From the NCBI GenBank assembly GCA_903867985.1, contig CAIPTO010000084.1, positions 22,810 to 86,809 on the forward strand: a stretch of 64,000 nucleotides of DNA, written 5' to 3'. The DNA is from an uncultured Elusimicrobia bacterium. Its GTDB lineage: Bacteria > Elusimicrobiota > Elusimicrobia > Elusimicrobiales > UBA9959. The position numbers and the translations under genes are program-made. Below, piece after piece: positions 46,651-55,990 of the stretch (position 1 is its first letter; each line of letters opens with the position of its first letter). Under the pieces are notes generated by a model, which saw only the letters and a list, made by a program, of their open reading frames with translations, did not search any database and had not been told where the DNA came from.

Positions 46651-46727
46651 GGAGCTGGGTTAGCAAAACCCTTCGGGTTCGATGACCGGCGCAAAACTTC
46701 AAAATGTTATAATTGTGGCTGAACCCT

Positions 46728-48506
46728 ATGCATGCCAGCAAATTTTTACCAATTACTCCGGAAGAGATTAAATCCCTGGGCTGGGACTATGTAGACATAG
46801 TCCTGGTTACCGGCGACGCCTATGTCGACCACCCCTCCTTCGCCATGGCCATAATAGGCCGCGTCCTGGAAGCCGCCGGCTACCGCGTAGCGATCCTCGC
46901 GCAGCCAAACTGGACTTCCGCCGAGGACTTTAAAAAATTCGGCAAACCCCGCCTGTTCTTCGGAGTCGCGGCCGGCAACATGGACTCCATGATCAACAAA
47001 TACACTCACAACCGCCGCATACGCTCCAGCGACGACTATTCTCCCGGCGGCCGCGCGGGGCTCAGACCCGACCGGGCCACAGTCATCTACGCCCAGCGCG
47101 CCAGAGAAGCCTACCCCGATGTCCCCGTTATACTCGGCGGCATAGAGGCGTCCATGCGCCGCTTTGCCCATTATGATTATTGGTCAGACAAGGTCCGCAA
47201 AAGCGTCCTGCTCGACTCCAAAGCGGATTTGCTGGTCTACGGCATGGGCGAGAGGCCCGTGCTGGAGATAGCCGCCCTGCTTAAAACAGGAACCCCCGCC
47301 AGGAACATCCGCGGTATACGGGGAACCGCCTACATCCTAGGCCAGAACGAAGCACGGGAGCTCAATCTGGAAAACTCAGCGGTAATCCCCTCATTTGAGG
47401 AAGCAGCCTGCGACCGTTTTAAATTTTCTATCGCCACCCGCATGATACACGAAGAAGCCAACCCGTACTGCGCCAGGACCCTTATTCAATTCTCGGATAC
47501 CAGGGCCGTCATACAAAATCCGCCGTCACTGCCCCTGACCACCGGGGAACTGGACAGGATCTACGGCCTCCCCTATCTAAAGGAACAGCACCCGTCTTAT
47601 AAGGATCCGGTCCCGGCTTTTGAGACCGTTAAGGATTCGATCGTAATACACCGGGGCTGCTTCGGCGGCTGCGCTTTCTGTTCGCTGGGCCTCCATCAGG
47701 GCAAATTCATCCAGTCCCGCAGCTGCGAATCCGTCATTAAAGAAGCCGTGAAACTGGTGAACGAAAAAGATTCCACCCGCTTTATCTCCGACTTGGGCGC
47801 GCCGTCAGCCAATATGTACCGCATGGCCGGCACCGACATAAATATCTGCGAAAAATGCAGACGCCCCTCCTGCCTGCATCCGTCCATCTGCTCCAACCTG
47901 AACACCGATCATAAACCGCTTCTTGACCTGCTGCGGGAAGTCAGGAAGATAAAAGGCCTGAAAAAAGCTTTCGTAGCTTCCGGCATAAGAATGGACCTGG
48001 CGCTCCAGTGCGGCGAATACATAAACGAAATAGCCGCTTTCCATACCAGCGGGCAGCTAAAAGTGGCGCCGGAACATAGCCGGCCCGAAGTGCTGTCCAA
48101 GATGCGCAAACCCGCAAGCGGCGTATTTCTTAAATTCGCCGAACAATTTTTGGCAGCTTCCTCAAAAGCGGGAAAGGAGCAGTATCTGGTGCCCTATTTT
48201 ATCTCAGCCCACCCCGGGGCCACGCTCGAAGACGCGGCGGAGCTGGCGGTTTTTCTGAAAGCGCACCGCTACCGGCCGCTGCAGATAAACGATTTCCTGC
48301 CCGCGCCCATGGATATCGCCTCTTCAATGTACTACACCGGGCTGGACCCTTTCACGATGGAACCCGTCTACTCCGCAAAAAAAGAAACGGAACGGCGCCT
48401 GCACAGGGCGCTGCTCCAGTACTTTAAACCGGAAAACCGGCCTCTTATAATGAAGGCTTTAAAACAGATAAACAGAACGGATTTGATAAGGAAAATTTTA
48501 GGATAA
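46728..48506 (+). CDS. YgiQ-family radical SAM protein
   Basis: TGDAYVDHPSF, GGIEASMRR, HRGCFGGCAFC (CxxxCxxC), LKVAPEH, PYFISAHPG. Confidence 0.92.
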   Translation: MHASKFLPITPEEIKSLGWDYVDIVLVTGDAYVDHPSFAMAIIGRVLEAAGYRVAILAQPNWTSAEDFKKFGKPRLFFGVAAGNMDSMINKYTHNRRIRSSDDYSPGGRAGLRPDRATVIYAQRAREAYPDVPVILGGIEASMRRFAHYDYWSDKVRKSVLLDSKADLLVYGMGERPVLEIAALLKTGTPARNIRGIRGTAYILGQNEARELNLENSAVIPSFEEAACDRFKFSIATRMIHEEANPYCARTLIQFSDTRAVIQNPPSLPLTTGELDRIYGLPYLKEQHPSYKDPVPAFETVKDSIVIHRGCFGGCAFCSLGLHQGKFIQSRSCESVIKEAVKLVNEKDSTRFISDLGAPSANMYRMAGTDINICEKCRRPSCLHPSICSNLNTDHKPLLDLLREVRKIKGLKKAFVASGIRMDLALQCGEYINEIAAFHTSGQLKVAPEHSRPEVLSKMRKPASGVFLKFAEQFLAASSKAGKEQYLVPYFISAHPGATLEDAAELAVFLKAHRYRPLQINDFLPAPMDIASSMYYTGLDPFTMEPVYSAKKETERRLHRALLQYFKPENRPLIMKALKQINRTDLIRKILG

Positions 48507-48569
48507 CCCGGCGGGACAGAACAGCGGGGACGGTTATAAGCGATATTTCTCGATCACAAACACTTAGCA

Positions 48570-49718
48570 TCAGACCTTTTTACTGTGATGGTGCAGGACC
48601 TTTACCATCTCGTCAGCATAAAGGACAAATTTCTCCGGCCCGAAACCCTTGACATCCTTCAATTGCTCTGCCGTCTTCGGATTTATCAAAGCCGTCTTCT
48701 CCAGAATATCATTGCCGAGCACGGCTTCGGGGAGCATATTGCGCCGGTTAGCCGTCTCCAGACGCCAGGCCTTAAGCGTCTTAAAGCGTTCCCTTATCCC
48801 TTCAAAATGCTGATGTTTGTCCGGGGCTGCCGCCTGGGCGCGTTTCGGGAACTGGACTTCCGGGGCCTTCAAACCCAGCTGGATGGCGTCCTTTATCCAA
48901 GGACCGTGGTTGGCCAGAACATAAGTAGACATTCCTTTGAAAATTGAAAGGTTCTCAATGGCTTCTTTGGGCGCCGTAGCCAGGCGAAACATCAGGTCCT
49001 CGCTGATGATCTTAAAGGGCGGCCGGTTCCGCTCTTTCGCCGCAGCCTCACGGCAAATGTAAAGTTCTCTGAGAACAGCCAGCCCGCGGCCGTTAAGCTG
49101 GCGGGCCTCTCTGATACGGAAAAATCCGTTAGGGTCAAAAACGCTTCGTGACGGTTCAAGAACCGCTACTTCGGCGAATTCACCTTTGATCTCTTCTAGT
49201 TTCCCCTTCTTGTTGAGTTCCTCGGCGAACATAGTGCGGAGTTTGTGGAGATAGAGCACGTCACCGATGGCGTAATCCAGCATCTCTTTCATCAGCGGCC
49301 GCCGGCCCCAGTCGGCTTTCTGAAATTTTTTATTCAGTTCGATACCTATATGCTCTTTGACCATATTATCAAGTCCGCAGCGCTTGATGCCCAGGTATTT
49401 AGCGGCAAGCATGACGTCGAAGATATTCTCAAACTTGCACGGCATAGCCGCCTTCAGGGTTCTAATGTCGGACTCGGCTGAATGGAAAATCTTTTCTATG
49501 TGTTTATTGGCGAAAATAGGCGCAAGACCCTTGATATCTACGGCAATAGAGTCCACCACGGCGTTTAAGTGTTCGCTGGCCAGCTGCACCAGACAGAGCT
49601 GCTCCTTATGGACATACATGCTGTTTGATTCCGTGTCTATTGAAAGGTATTTATGGGAGCTCAACTTGGCAACAAGGGCATCAAAATCGGACTGCCTGTC
49701 TATAAAGGTATAGGGCAT
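48570..49718 (-). CDS. rnd: Ribonuclease D (DEDDy exonuclease + HRDC domains)
   Basis: IDTESNS, LCLVQL, FQKADWGRRP, YAIGDV and HRDC-like REAAAKERNRPPFKII. Confidence 0.9.
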   Translation of the reverse strand: MPYTFIDRQSDFDALVAKLSSHKYLSIDTESNSMYVHKEQLCLVQLASEHLNAVVDSIAVDIKGLAPIFANKHIEKIFHSAESDIRTLKAAMPCKFENIFDVMLAAKYLGIKRCGLDNMVKEHIGIELNKKFQKADWGRRPLMKEMLDYAIGDVLYLHKLRTMFAEELNKKGKLEEIKGEFAEVAVLEPSRSVFDPNGFFRIREARQLNGRGLAVLRELYICREAAAKERNRPPFKIISEDLMFRLATAPKEAIENLSIFKGMSTYVLANHGPWIKDAIQLGLKAPEVQFPKRAQAAAPDKHQHFEGIRERFKTLKAWRLETANRRNMLPEAVLGNDILEKTALINPKTAEQLKDVKGFGPEKFVLYADEMVKVLHHHSKKV

Positions 49719-49757
49719 ATAAAATATAATAACATATTACAGTTGACCTTCGGGCCG

Positions 49758-49880
49758 ACCATGCGATAAGCCATACGCTTTAGGCTATAGGCAGAGAGAG
49801 TTTACAAGGAACAAAGCAGACGCATGTGGTATAAGGCAATAATCTGCCTATGGCTTACGGCATATAGCCTATGGCAACTT
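49758..49880. repeat. Inverted-arm heptamer element (CATAGGC / GCCTATG family) between divergent genes
   Basis: Left arm gataagc catacgc tttaggc tataggc aga; 47-nt spacer; right arm tct gcctatg gcttacg gcatata gcctatg. Confidence 0.8.
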
Positions 49881-49882
49881 TT

Positions 49883-50443
49883 ATGCACTATATAGTTTTT
49901 TATAAACCTTACGGCGTCCTTTCGCAGTTTACCCCCGCGCACGGACACAGATCCCTTTCGGATTTCGGCTTTCCAAAAGGCGTTTACGCGGCCGGGCGCC
50001 TGGACGCCGACAGTGAAGGCCTGCTCTTCCTCACCGACGATGGTATTTTCCAGAGCCGGATAGCAGAACCGAAGCACAAGACACCCAAGATATACCTGGC
50101 CCAAGTGGAGCGGATCGTCACGCCCGAAGCCCTGGAAAAATTGCGCGGCGGCGTGATCCTTAACGACGGCCCAACCCTGCCCTGCAAGGCCCTCGCCGTA
50201 CCGGAACCGTCCCTGCCCCCGAGAGAACCGCCTATCAGGTTTCGCAAGACCGTACCTACATCCTGGGTCGAAATAGAACTGAAGGAAGGACGGAACCGGC
50301 AGGTACGCCGAATGATGGCATGCGTGGGCTTTCCAGTGTTGCGGCTGGCGCGGCGCGCCATAGGCACGCTGACGCTGGACGGCTTGGCGCCAGGCCAATG
50401 GCGGGAACTGACCCCGGCCGAAATAAAAAGGCTAAAAAAATAA
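49883..50443 (+). CDS. RsuA/RluE-family pseudouridine synthase
   Basis: [31 protein letters not shown]. Confidence 0.9.
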   Translation: MHYIVFYKPYGVLSQFTPAHGHRSLSDFGFPKGVYAAGRLDADSEGLLFLTDDGIFQSRIAEPKHKTPKIYLAQVERIVTPEALEKLRGGVILNDGPTLPCKALAVPEPSLPPREPPIRFRKTVPTSWVEIELKEGRNRQVRRMMACVGFPVLRLARRAIGTLTLDGLAPGQWRELTPAEIKRLKK

Positions 50444-50444
50444 T

Positions 50445-52403
50445 ATGGAAAATGAAAGAACATCCGATCTCCTCTCCATGAAGGAACATGAAAAAGGCTG
50501 CGTTATTGAAATTTCCGGCGGCGGCGCGCTGGCGGAAAAACTGAAAGCCATCGGCATACATCCCGGCAGACAGGTTACCAAGAGAACGCCCAAGGGCTAC
50601 AACGGACCAATCACGGTGGAAGTGATGGGTTCCAAGGTCGCCCTGGGACGCGGTATGGCAAAAAATATAACAGTGAAGGTGAGCTGCGGCATGCTCATGC
50701 TGACCGGAAATCCTAATGTCGGGAAGAGCGTCGTATTCTCCCGTCTGACCGGCTTGGACGTCATTTCCTCCAACTATCCCGGCACCACGGTAGCTTACAC
50801 AAGCGGCACGGCGGTGCTGGGCGGCGAGCATTTCTCCGTTATAGACGTGCCGGGCACTTACAGCCTCTCTCCCGCCAATAAAGCCGAAGAAGCCGCCAGG
50901 AAGATGATATTAGAGGACGGCAAGGAACTTTTGGTACATGTGCTGGACTCCACCAACCTGGAACGGAATCTTTTTTTCGCGCTGGAACTTATGGGTCTCG
51001 GGACCCCTATGATAATCCTGCTGAATAAGTCCGATATCGCACGGCGCCGTGGTATCAGCATCGATGCCGCCAAACTTGAAGCCGTGCTGAAGATCAAAGT
51101 GATACCATTCGTGGCGACCACCGGCGAAGGGCTCAAAACTCTCAACGATACCGTGCGGCTCTTCCGGGCGGGCGGTCTCCCGCAATACGACGCACCTCCC
51201 ACCTCCGCCGACGAAAAATGGCGGTTCATAGGCAAGCTGGCCGCACAGTGCCAGACCATATCCCACAAACACCCCAGCCTGCTCGAAGGCCTTGAGGACT
51301 TCACCTCCAGGCCCTCCACCGGGATCCCATTCGCTTTCGCGGCCATGATCGCCGTTTTCCTGGCCGTGAGGACGACCGGAGAAACCCTGATCACTTATGT
51401 GCTGGACCCTGTTTTCAACAACGTCTATATCCCCGCGCTGGCCAAAGCGTCCGACTTCCTTCATTTAAGCGGGATCATGAAGGCATTGCTGCTGGGCGCA
51501 TCAATGAAACCGATGGAAGACTTCGGTTTGCTGACCACCGGACTTTATATTCCCCTGGTAAGCGTTATGCCTTATCTGGTGGCGTTCTACCTGGTTCTCG
51601 GTTTCATGGAGGATCTGGGCTATCTTCCCAGACTTTCGGTCCTGCTGGACAGCGTGATGCACAAGCTGGGCCTGCACGGGTACGGAACTATCCCCCTGAT
51701 GCTGGGACTCGGCTGCAAAGTGCCGGCCATCCTCGCCGTGAGAGTGCTTGAGAACAGGCGCGAGCGCGTTATCGCCACGGCACTAACTTTGGCCGCCGCT
51801 CCCTGCATGCCCCAGAGCGCCATGATCTTAAGCGTACTGGCGCCTTATCCGATCAGGTATACGGCGGCCGTTTTCATAGCCCTGGCGGCCACCGGCGCGG
51901 CGGCGGGCCTGGCGCTTAACCGGATCCTTAAGGGCGAAACCCCGGAAATTTTTATAGAGATACCCCCATATCAGATACCTTCCCTCACGGTATTGTGGTC
52001 CAAAACCTGGCTGCGACTGAAGAATTTCCTTGTAGAAGCGGTGCCGATGATATTCGTCGGCGTCCTGATAATAAACATTCTCGGTATGACCGGCGTCCTG
52101 GGCGCTGTTACCGAGATCTTTAAATACCCCGTAACTCATTTTCTGGGTCTGCCGGCCGACACGGTCTCGGTAATGACGCTCGGCTTTCTGAGAAAGGACA
52201 TTTCCATAGCCATGCTCATACCCTTCGGGCTCGGACCGGGGCAGCTCGTTGTAGCCTCGGTATTCCTGACACTGTACCTGCCCTGCCTGGGCGCTTTTAT
52301 GATCACAATAAGGGAATTAGGGCTCAAGGACTCGATGGGCGTATTTGCGCTCAACTTCTTCACCGCCGCTTTATTGGCGACGGCTCTGAATCTATTGGTA
52401 TAA
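50445..52403 (+). CDS. feoB: Ferrous iron transporter: FeoA domain fused to FeoB
   Basis: N-terminal SH3-like LKAIGIHPG...VALGRGMA; GNPNVGKS, NYPGTTV, DVPGTYSL, NKSD; gate domains EDLGYLPR and GLGCKVPA. Confidence 0.92.
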   Translation: MENERTSDLLSMKEHEKGCVIEISGGGALAEKLKAIGIHPGRQVTKRTPKGYNGPITVEVMGSKVALGRGMAKNITVKVSCGMLMLTGNPNVGKSVVFSRLTGLDVISSNYPGTTVAYTSGTAVLGGEHFSVIDVPGTYSLSPANKAEEAARKMILEDGKELLVHVLDSTNLERNLFFALELMGLGTPMIILLNKSDIARRRGISIDAAKLEAVLKIKVIPFVATTGEGLKTLNDTVRLFRAGGLPQYDAPPTSADEKWRFIGKLAAQCQTISHKHPSLLEGLEDFTSRPSTGIPFAFAAMIAVFLAVRTTGETLITYVLDPVFNNVYIPALAKASDFLHLSGIMKALLLGASMKPMEDFGLLTTGLYIPLVSVMPYLVAFYLVLGFMEDLGYLPRLSVLLDSVMHKLGLHGYGTIPLMLGLGCKVPAILAVRVLENRRERVIATALTLAAAPCMPQSAMILSVLAPYPIRYTAAVFIALAATGAAAGLALNRILKGETPEIFIEIPPYQIPSLTVLWSKTWLRLKNFLVEAVPMIFVGVLIINILGMTGVLGAVTEIFKYPVTHFLGLPADTVSVMTLGFLRKDISIAMLIPFGLGPGQLVVASVFLTLYLPCLGAFMITIRELGLKDSMGVFALNFFTAALLATALNLLV

Positions 52404-52500
52404 TAGGGCTGCAAAAGAGACGGGAACTATCGCGGCGATAAAGCGCCGCAAGATCAGCGGCAAGAAGTTCCGACCTTTTCAGGTTTTTTTAACGGAGAAT
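52396..52500 (+). promoter_or_regulatory. Extended -10 promoter plus structured leader of the MFS / desulfidase genes
   Basis: TG-G-TATAAT overlapping the feoB stop; stems GGAACT/AGTTCC and GCGGCG/CGCCGC; ACCT-tttc-AGGT followed by a T run; GGAG before the ATG. Confidence 0.35.
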
Positions 52501-52501
52501 A

Positions 52502-53749
52502 ATGACTTTTTTAAAGGACATGAAAACCGGGTTGACCAGGAATGTGACTTTTCTGGGCATTGTAAGCGGTCTCACAGATATATCGAGTGAGATGCTCTAC
52601 CCGATAGTGCCTATTTTTCTCACCTCTATACTTGGCGCGCCGATGAGTACAGTGGGGTTTATAGAAGGAGTGGCGGAATCCACCGCCAGCTTCCTAAAGA
52701 TTGCCGGCGGTATGTGGTCGGACAAGGTCGGACGGCGCAAACCATTTGTCGTGGCGGGCTATAGCCTCTCGGCTATCTCAAAACCTGTACTTGCCCTTGC
52801 GTATACCTGGCATTTTGTCCTTTTCTCAAGATTCATAGACCGCGTGGGGAAGGGCCTGCGTACTTCGGCCCGCGACGCGATAATCGCCAACTCCACAGAC
52901 AAGCAACACTGGGGAAAGGCCTTCGGTTTCCACCGGGCTATGGATACGATGGGCGCGGCCCTCGGCCCGCTGGCGGCCCTGCTTATGCTCAATATGATGC
53001 CGCCGGCCGCGCCCGACTACCGCCTCATCTTCATAATCGCTTTTGTTCCCGCCGTACTGGGCGTTTTTGTCCTGATACATTTCGTAAAAGAATCAGCCAA
53101 TAGGGTGGAGGGTTCAGGGTATAGGGTTCAGGGTCAAGGCATTCCGAATAACTCCACCCTAAACCCTAAACCCTCTCCCCTAGCCCCTACCCCTATGTCT
53201 TCCGATTTTAAAACCTTCGTCGGCCTGTACGCAATCTTCGCCCTCGGCAATTCAAGCGATGTCTTCCTAATTATGAAAGCTAAAAGCGTCGGCTTCACCA
53301 CCACCCATGTTATACTGGCTTACACCGGTTACAATCTGGTCTACGCTTTCCTTGCCGCGCCGGCAGGCTGGCTATCAGACAAACTGGGCAGGATCAAAAC
53401 CATGGCTTTCGGCTTCCTGGTCTTCGCCGCCGTTTACCTGGGCTTCGCTACTGCGGATAAGGGATGGATGATCTGGGCACTGTTCGCCCTTTACGGTTTC
53501 TACGGCGCGTTCAACGAGGGTATAGCCAAAGCCGTCATCTCGCATCTTAGCGCGGATGATAATCGCGCCACCGCTATGGGGTATTTTCAGGGCTCTCTGG
53601 GCTTCCTAACCTTCTTCGCCAGTACCATGGCCGGCTTCCTTTGGACCAGATTTTCTCCCGCAGCGCCTTTCCTGATCGGAGCCGGCTGCGCCCTAGTTTC
53701 CACAGCAGCGTTGATAATCTGGAGCAGAAAAAGACAATTAGCATTTTAA
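52502..53749 (+). CDS. MFS transporter carrying an in-frame repeat element in its central loop
   Basis: SGLTDISSEM, GMWSDKVGRRKP, DRVGKGLRTSARDA, GFHRAMDTMGA, GWLSDKLGR. Confidence 0.9.
   Translation: MTFLKDMKTGLTRNVTFLGIVSGLTDISSEMLYPIVPIFLTSILGAPMSTVGFIEGVAESTASFLKIAGGMWSDKVGRRKPFVVAGYSLSAISKPVLALAYTWHFVLFSRFIDRVGKGLRTSARDAIIANSTDKQHWGKAFGFHRAMDTMGAALGPLAALLMLNMMPPAAPDYRLIFIIAFVPAVLGVFVLIHFVKESANRVEGSGYRVQGQGIPNNSTLNPKPSPLAPTPMSSDFKTFVGLYAIFALGNSSDVFLIMKAKSVGFTTTHVILAYTGYNLVYAFLAAPAGWLSDKLGRIKTMAFGFLVFAAVYLGFATADKGWMIWALFALYGFYGAFNEGIAKAVISHLSADDNRATAMGYFQGSLGFLTFFASTMAGFLWTRFSPAAPFLIGAGCALVSTAALIIWSRKRQLAF
53101..53195. repeat. Inverted-arm heptamer element (nAGGGTn / nACCCTn) inside the MFS coding sequence
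   Basis: tagggtg gagggtt cagggta tagggtt cagggtc ... cacccta aacccta aaccctc tccccta gccccta. Confidence 0.88.
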
Positions 53750-53752
53750 TAA

Positions 53753-53773
53753 CACCCTAAACCCTGAACCCTT
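53753..53773. repeat. Single-arm heptamer array (nACCCTn) between the MFS stop and the next start
   Basis: cacccta aaccctg aaccctt. Confidence 0.7.
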
Positions 53774-53777
53774 TCTT

Positions 53778-55070
53778 ATGACCACCCTACTTAAAGAAGT
53801 CCTCAAGCATGAAGTCTACCCGGCCATGGGCTGTACCGAGCCTGTGGCTGTGGCGTTCTGCGCCGCGAGCGCGGCAAAACTGCTCGGGAATGAAAGGATC
53901 CTGACGGCGGAAATAAAAACAGATGCCGGCACCTACAAGAACGGCCTGGCTGTAGCTATCCCAAACACCCGCGGAGCAAAGGGCAACCTGCTTGCCGCCT
54001 CGCTAGGCGTTCTCATAAGGGATCCCGGCCTTAAAACGGAAATGTTCAAAAAGATTTCACCTACTCTGCTTAAAAACGCCAAAGCTCTGATAAAAAACGG
54101 AAAGATAAGACTGGCAGTGGAATATACCCGGCGCGGAATTTACATAGAGACCCGCCTTAAGACCGCGCGTCATAGCGCCGTATGCGTGGTCGCGGGCGGC
54201 CACGGCAATATCATACTGCTAAGGAAGGACGGCAGGACCCTGTTTAAATGCAACCCGGTAAAGCCCGGAAAAAATCACGCCGCCTACAAAAACCTCCTCA
54301 AAAAATCTAATTTCAAACTGCTCTTCAAAGAAGCGGAACGGGCGGACGCCGAAGATCTGTCTTACATAAAAACAGGCATAGAGCTTAACATCAAGGCCGC
54401 TAAAGAAGGCCTAAAACTGAAAAAAGTCGGTTACTATATCTCCGACCTTATAAAAAAAGGCTATTTGAAAAGGGATATCCTGTCCGTAGCAAAGCTCACC
54501 ACCTCCGCCGCCACCGACGCGCGCATGGCCGGAGCCACGGTAAAAGTCATGTCCAGCGGAGAATCCGGCAACCAAGGCGTTGTCGCAATACTGGTCCCCT
54601 ATCTGGTGGGCAAGGCTTTTAAGATAAAAGAGACTAAAGTATTACGGAGCATAGCCCTTTCTCACCTTGTGAATTCCTACATAAAGGTCTTCACGGGGGA
54701 ATTGGCTCCCATCTGCGGCTGCGCCGTGGCCGCCGGCGTCGGCGCCTCGGTGGCCGTGGTCTACCAGCAAAAGGGGACTGATCTTAAAGCCGCAACGAGG
54801 GCGGTAAACACCGTGATCAGCGACATCGGCGGCATGCTTTGCGACGGCGCGAAAAGTGGTTGCGCTCTCAAGGTCGCATCCTCGGCCGATTCCGCTATCC
54901 GCGCCGCCTACATGGCGATAAACGGGGAGGGCATAACGGAACTCGAAGGCTTTATCGGCGCCACCGCCGAAGAAACAATAAAAAATATGGCCCGAATCTC
55001 AAAGATGGGAATGGATAAGGTTGACAGGATAATCCTGGGCATCATGTCGTTGAAGAAGCTTAAAAGCTAG
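53778..55070 (+). CDS. L-cysteine desulfidase / serine dehydratase-like Fe-S protein (YhaM/CyuA-like)
   Basis: PAMGCTEPVAVA, SSGESGNQG, ICGCAVAAG, MLCDGAKSGCALK. Confidence 0.88.
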   Translation: MTTLLKEVLKHEVYPAMGCTEPVAVAFCAASAAKLLGNERILTAEIKTDAGTYKNGLAVAIPNTRGAKGNLLAASLGVLIRDPGLKTEMFKKISPTLLKNAKALIKNGKIRLAVEYTRRGIYIETRLKTARHSAVCVVAGGHGNIILLRKDGRTLFKCNPVKPGKNHAAYKNLLKKSNFKLLFKEAERADAEDLSYIKTGIELNIKAAKEGLKLKKVGYYISDLIKKGYLKRDILSVAKLTTSAATDARMAGATVKVMSSGESGNQGVVAILVPYLVGKAFKIKETKVLRSIALSHLVNSYIKVFTGELAPICGCAVAAGVGASVAVVYQQKGTDLKAATRAVNTVISDIGGMLCDGAKSGCALKVASSADSAIRAAYMAINGEGITELEGFIGATAEETIKNMARISKMGMDKVDRIILGIMSLKKLKS

Positions 55071-55081
55071 TTTAGACAGTT

Positions 55082-55867
55082 ATGACCGACTTATACTGCG
55101 TTCTTCATAAAGATACCTCGTACTCCCTGGAAAAAACTGCCGATTTCCTAGCCGTAGAGCGGTGTATCGACCGCGCTGACGCGGCCGCCGCTTTTAAAAA
55201 AACTCCCGGCTTTCTGCTGGAAAACGCTGAATTGGGCAAAGCTTCCGCTTTTAATTTCCGGGCCTCGGCTTTCGGTTTTGAAACGTTGTTGCTGTCGCAA
55301 AAGGAACTAAAAAGTCCGCCGCCGGCGTCCGCCCTCTTAAAAATTGAATTCAAGACGGATGGTTTTTATTATTTTTCAAACGCTACAAAGGAACATATTC
55401 CTTTTGAAGCCGTGAAGGCTGTCACCGCCTGCGCCTTTGCCGTAGAAATGCCTCCAAAGGACACGTCTGTAACGGAAGCTGGTCTGCTGGATTCTCTGCG
55501 CGCGCGCTATTTTCCGTTCGCTCTGCCTTTCGGGGAAAAGTATAGTCAGGCGCCCGTCACCCCTCCCCCGCCATCTCCCGTAAGGGAAACCGTATTTCTG
55601 GCGGACATACTTACCGGCGGACCCATACCGCTCCGTTTAACCCTGAACTGCGACGAGCATGATTATTCAAGCCTGGGAGAGAAAAAAACATTATCAAGCT
55701 TCGAAAATTTCCGTTTACTTCTGGGTGAACTGTCATCACGGGCCTTTGGCGCGGCCAGAAATCCCTTTCTGCAGGCGCTCCTCGGCAAGAAGGCGCTCAA
55801 CCAACTTAAATATCCTTCAACCGCCTCATATGAAAAAGAACTGGTATGGATTAACACAGTACGATAG
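55082..55867 (+). CDS. Hypothetical protein
   Basis: 261-aa ORF co-oriented with its neighbours; no motif recognised. The stop codon lies inside a repeat arm. Confidence 0.6.
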   Translation: MTDLYCVLHKDTSYSLEKTADFLAVERCIDRADAAAAFKKTPGFLLENAELGKASAFNFRASAFGFETLLLSQKELKSPPPASALLKIEFKTDGFYYFSNATKEHIPFEAVKAVTACAFAVEMPPKDTSVTEAGLLDSLRARYFPFALPFGEKYSQAPVTPPPPSPVRETVFLADILTGGPIPLRLTLNCDEHDYSSLGEKKTLSSFENFRLLLGELSSRAFGAARNPFLQALLGKKALNQLKYPSTASYEKELVWINTVR

Positions 55868-55954
55868 TACGACAGCAAGACAGGAAGACAGTACGACAGG
55901 GAGCAGTGAACATTACTGCCGCACTATCCCGCTGCCGCACTGCAGCGCGATCCT
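55853..55954. repeat. Inverted-arm octamer element (ACGACAGT family, same as 21829)
   Basis: Left arm acgatagt acgacagc aagacagg aagacagt acgacagg; right arm actgccgc actatccc gctgccgc actgcagc. Confidence 0.82.
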
Positions 55955-55974
55955 GCCCGGTTGCCTCGCTGACT

Positions 55975-55983
55975 TGGTATAAT
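55975..55983 (+). promoter_or_regulatory. Extended -10 promoter at leaderless spacing
   Basis: TG-G-TATAAT, 7 nt, then the ATG at 55991; no Shine-Dalgarno sequence. Confidence 0.55.
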
Positions 55984-55990
55984 TATCCTT

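Noticed and set aside
46620-46700. Intact tRNA gene
   Set aside because: Only the last 16 nt are present; no D arm, anticodon arm or 5' acceptor strand on that strand.
53155-53175. Plant-type telomere repeat (CCCTAAA) contamination
   Set aside because: Only two near-exact units, embedded in frame in a bacterial gene and paired with an inverted arm.
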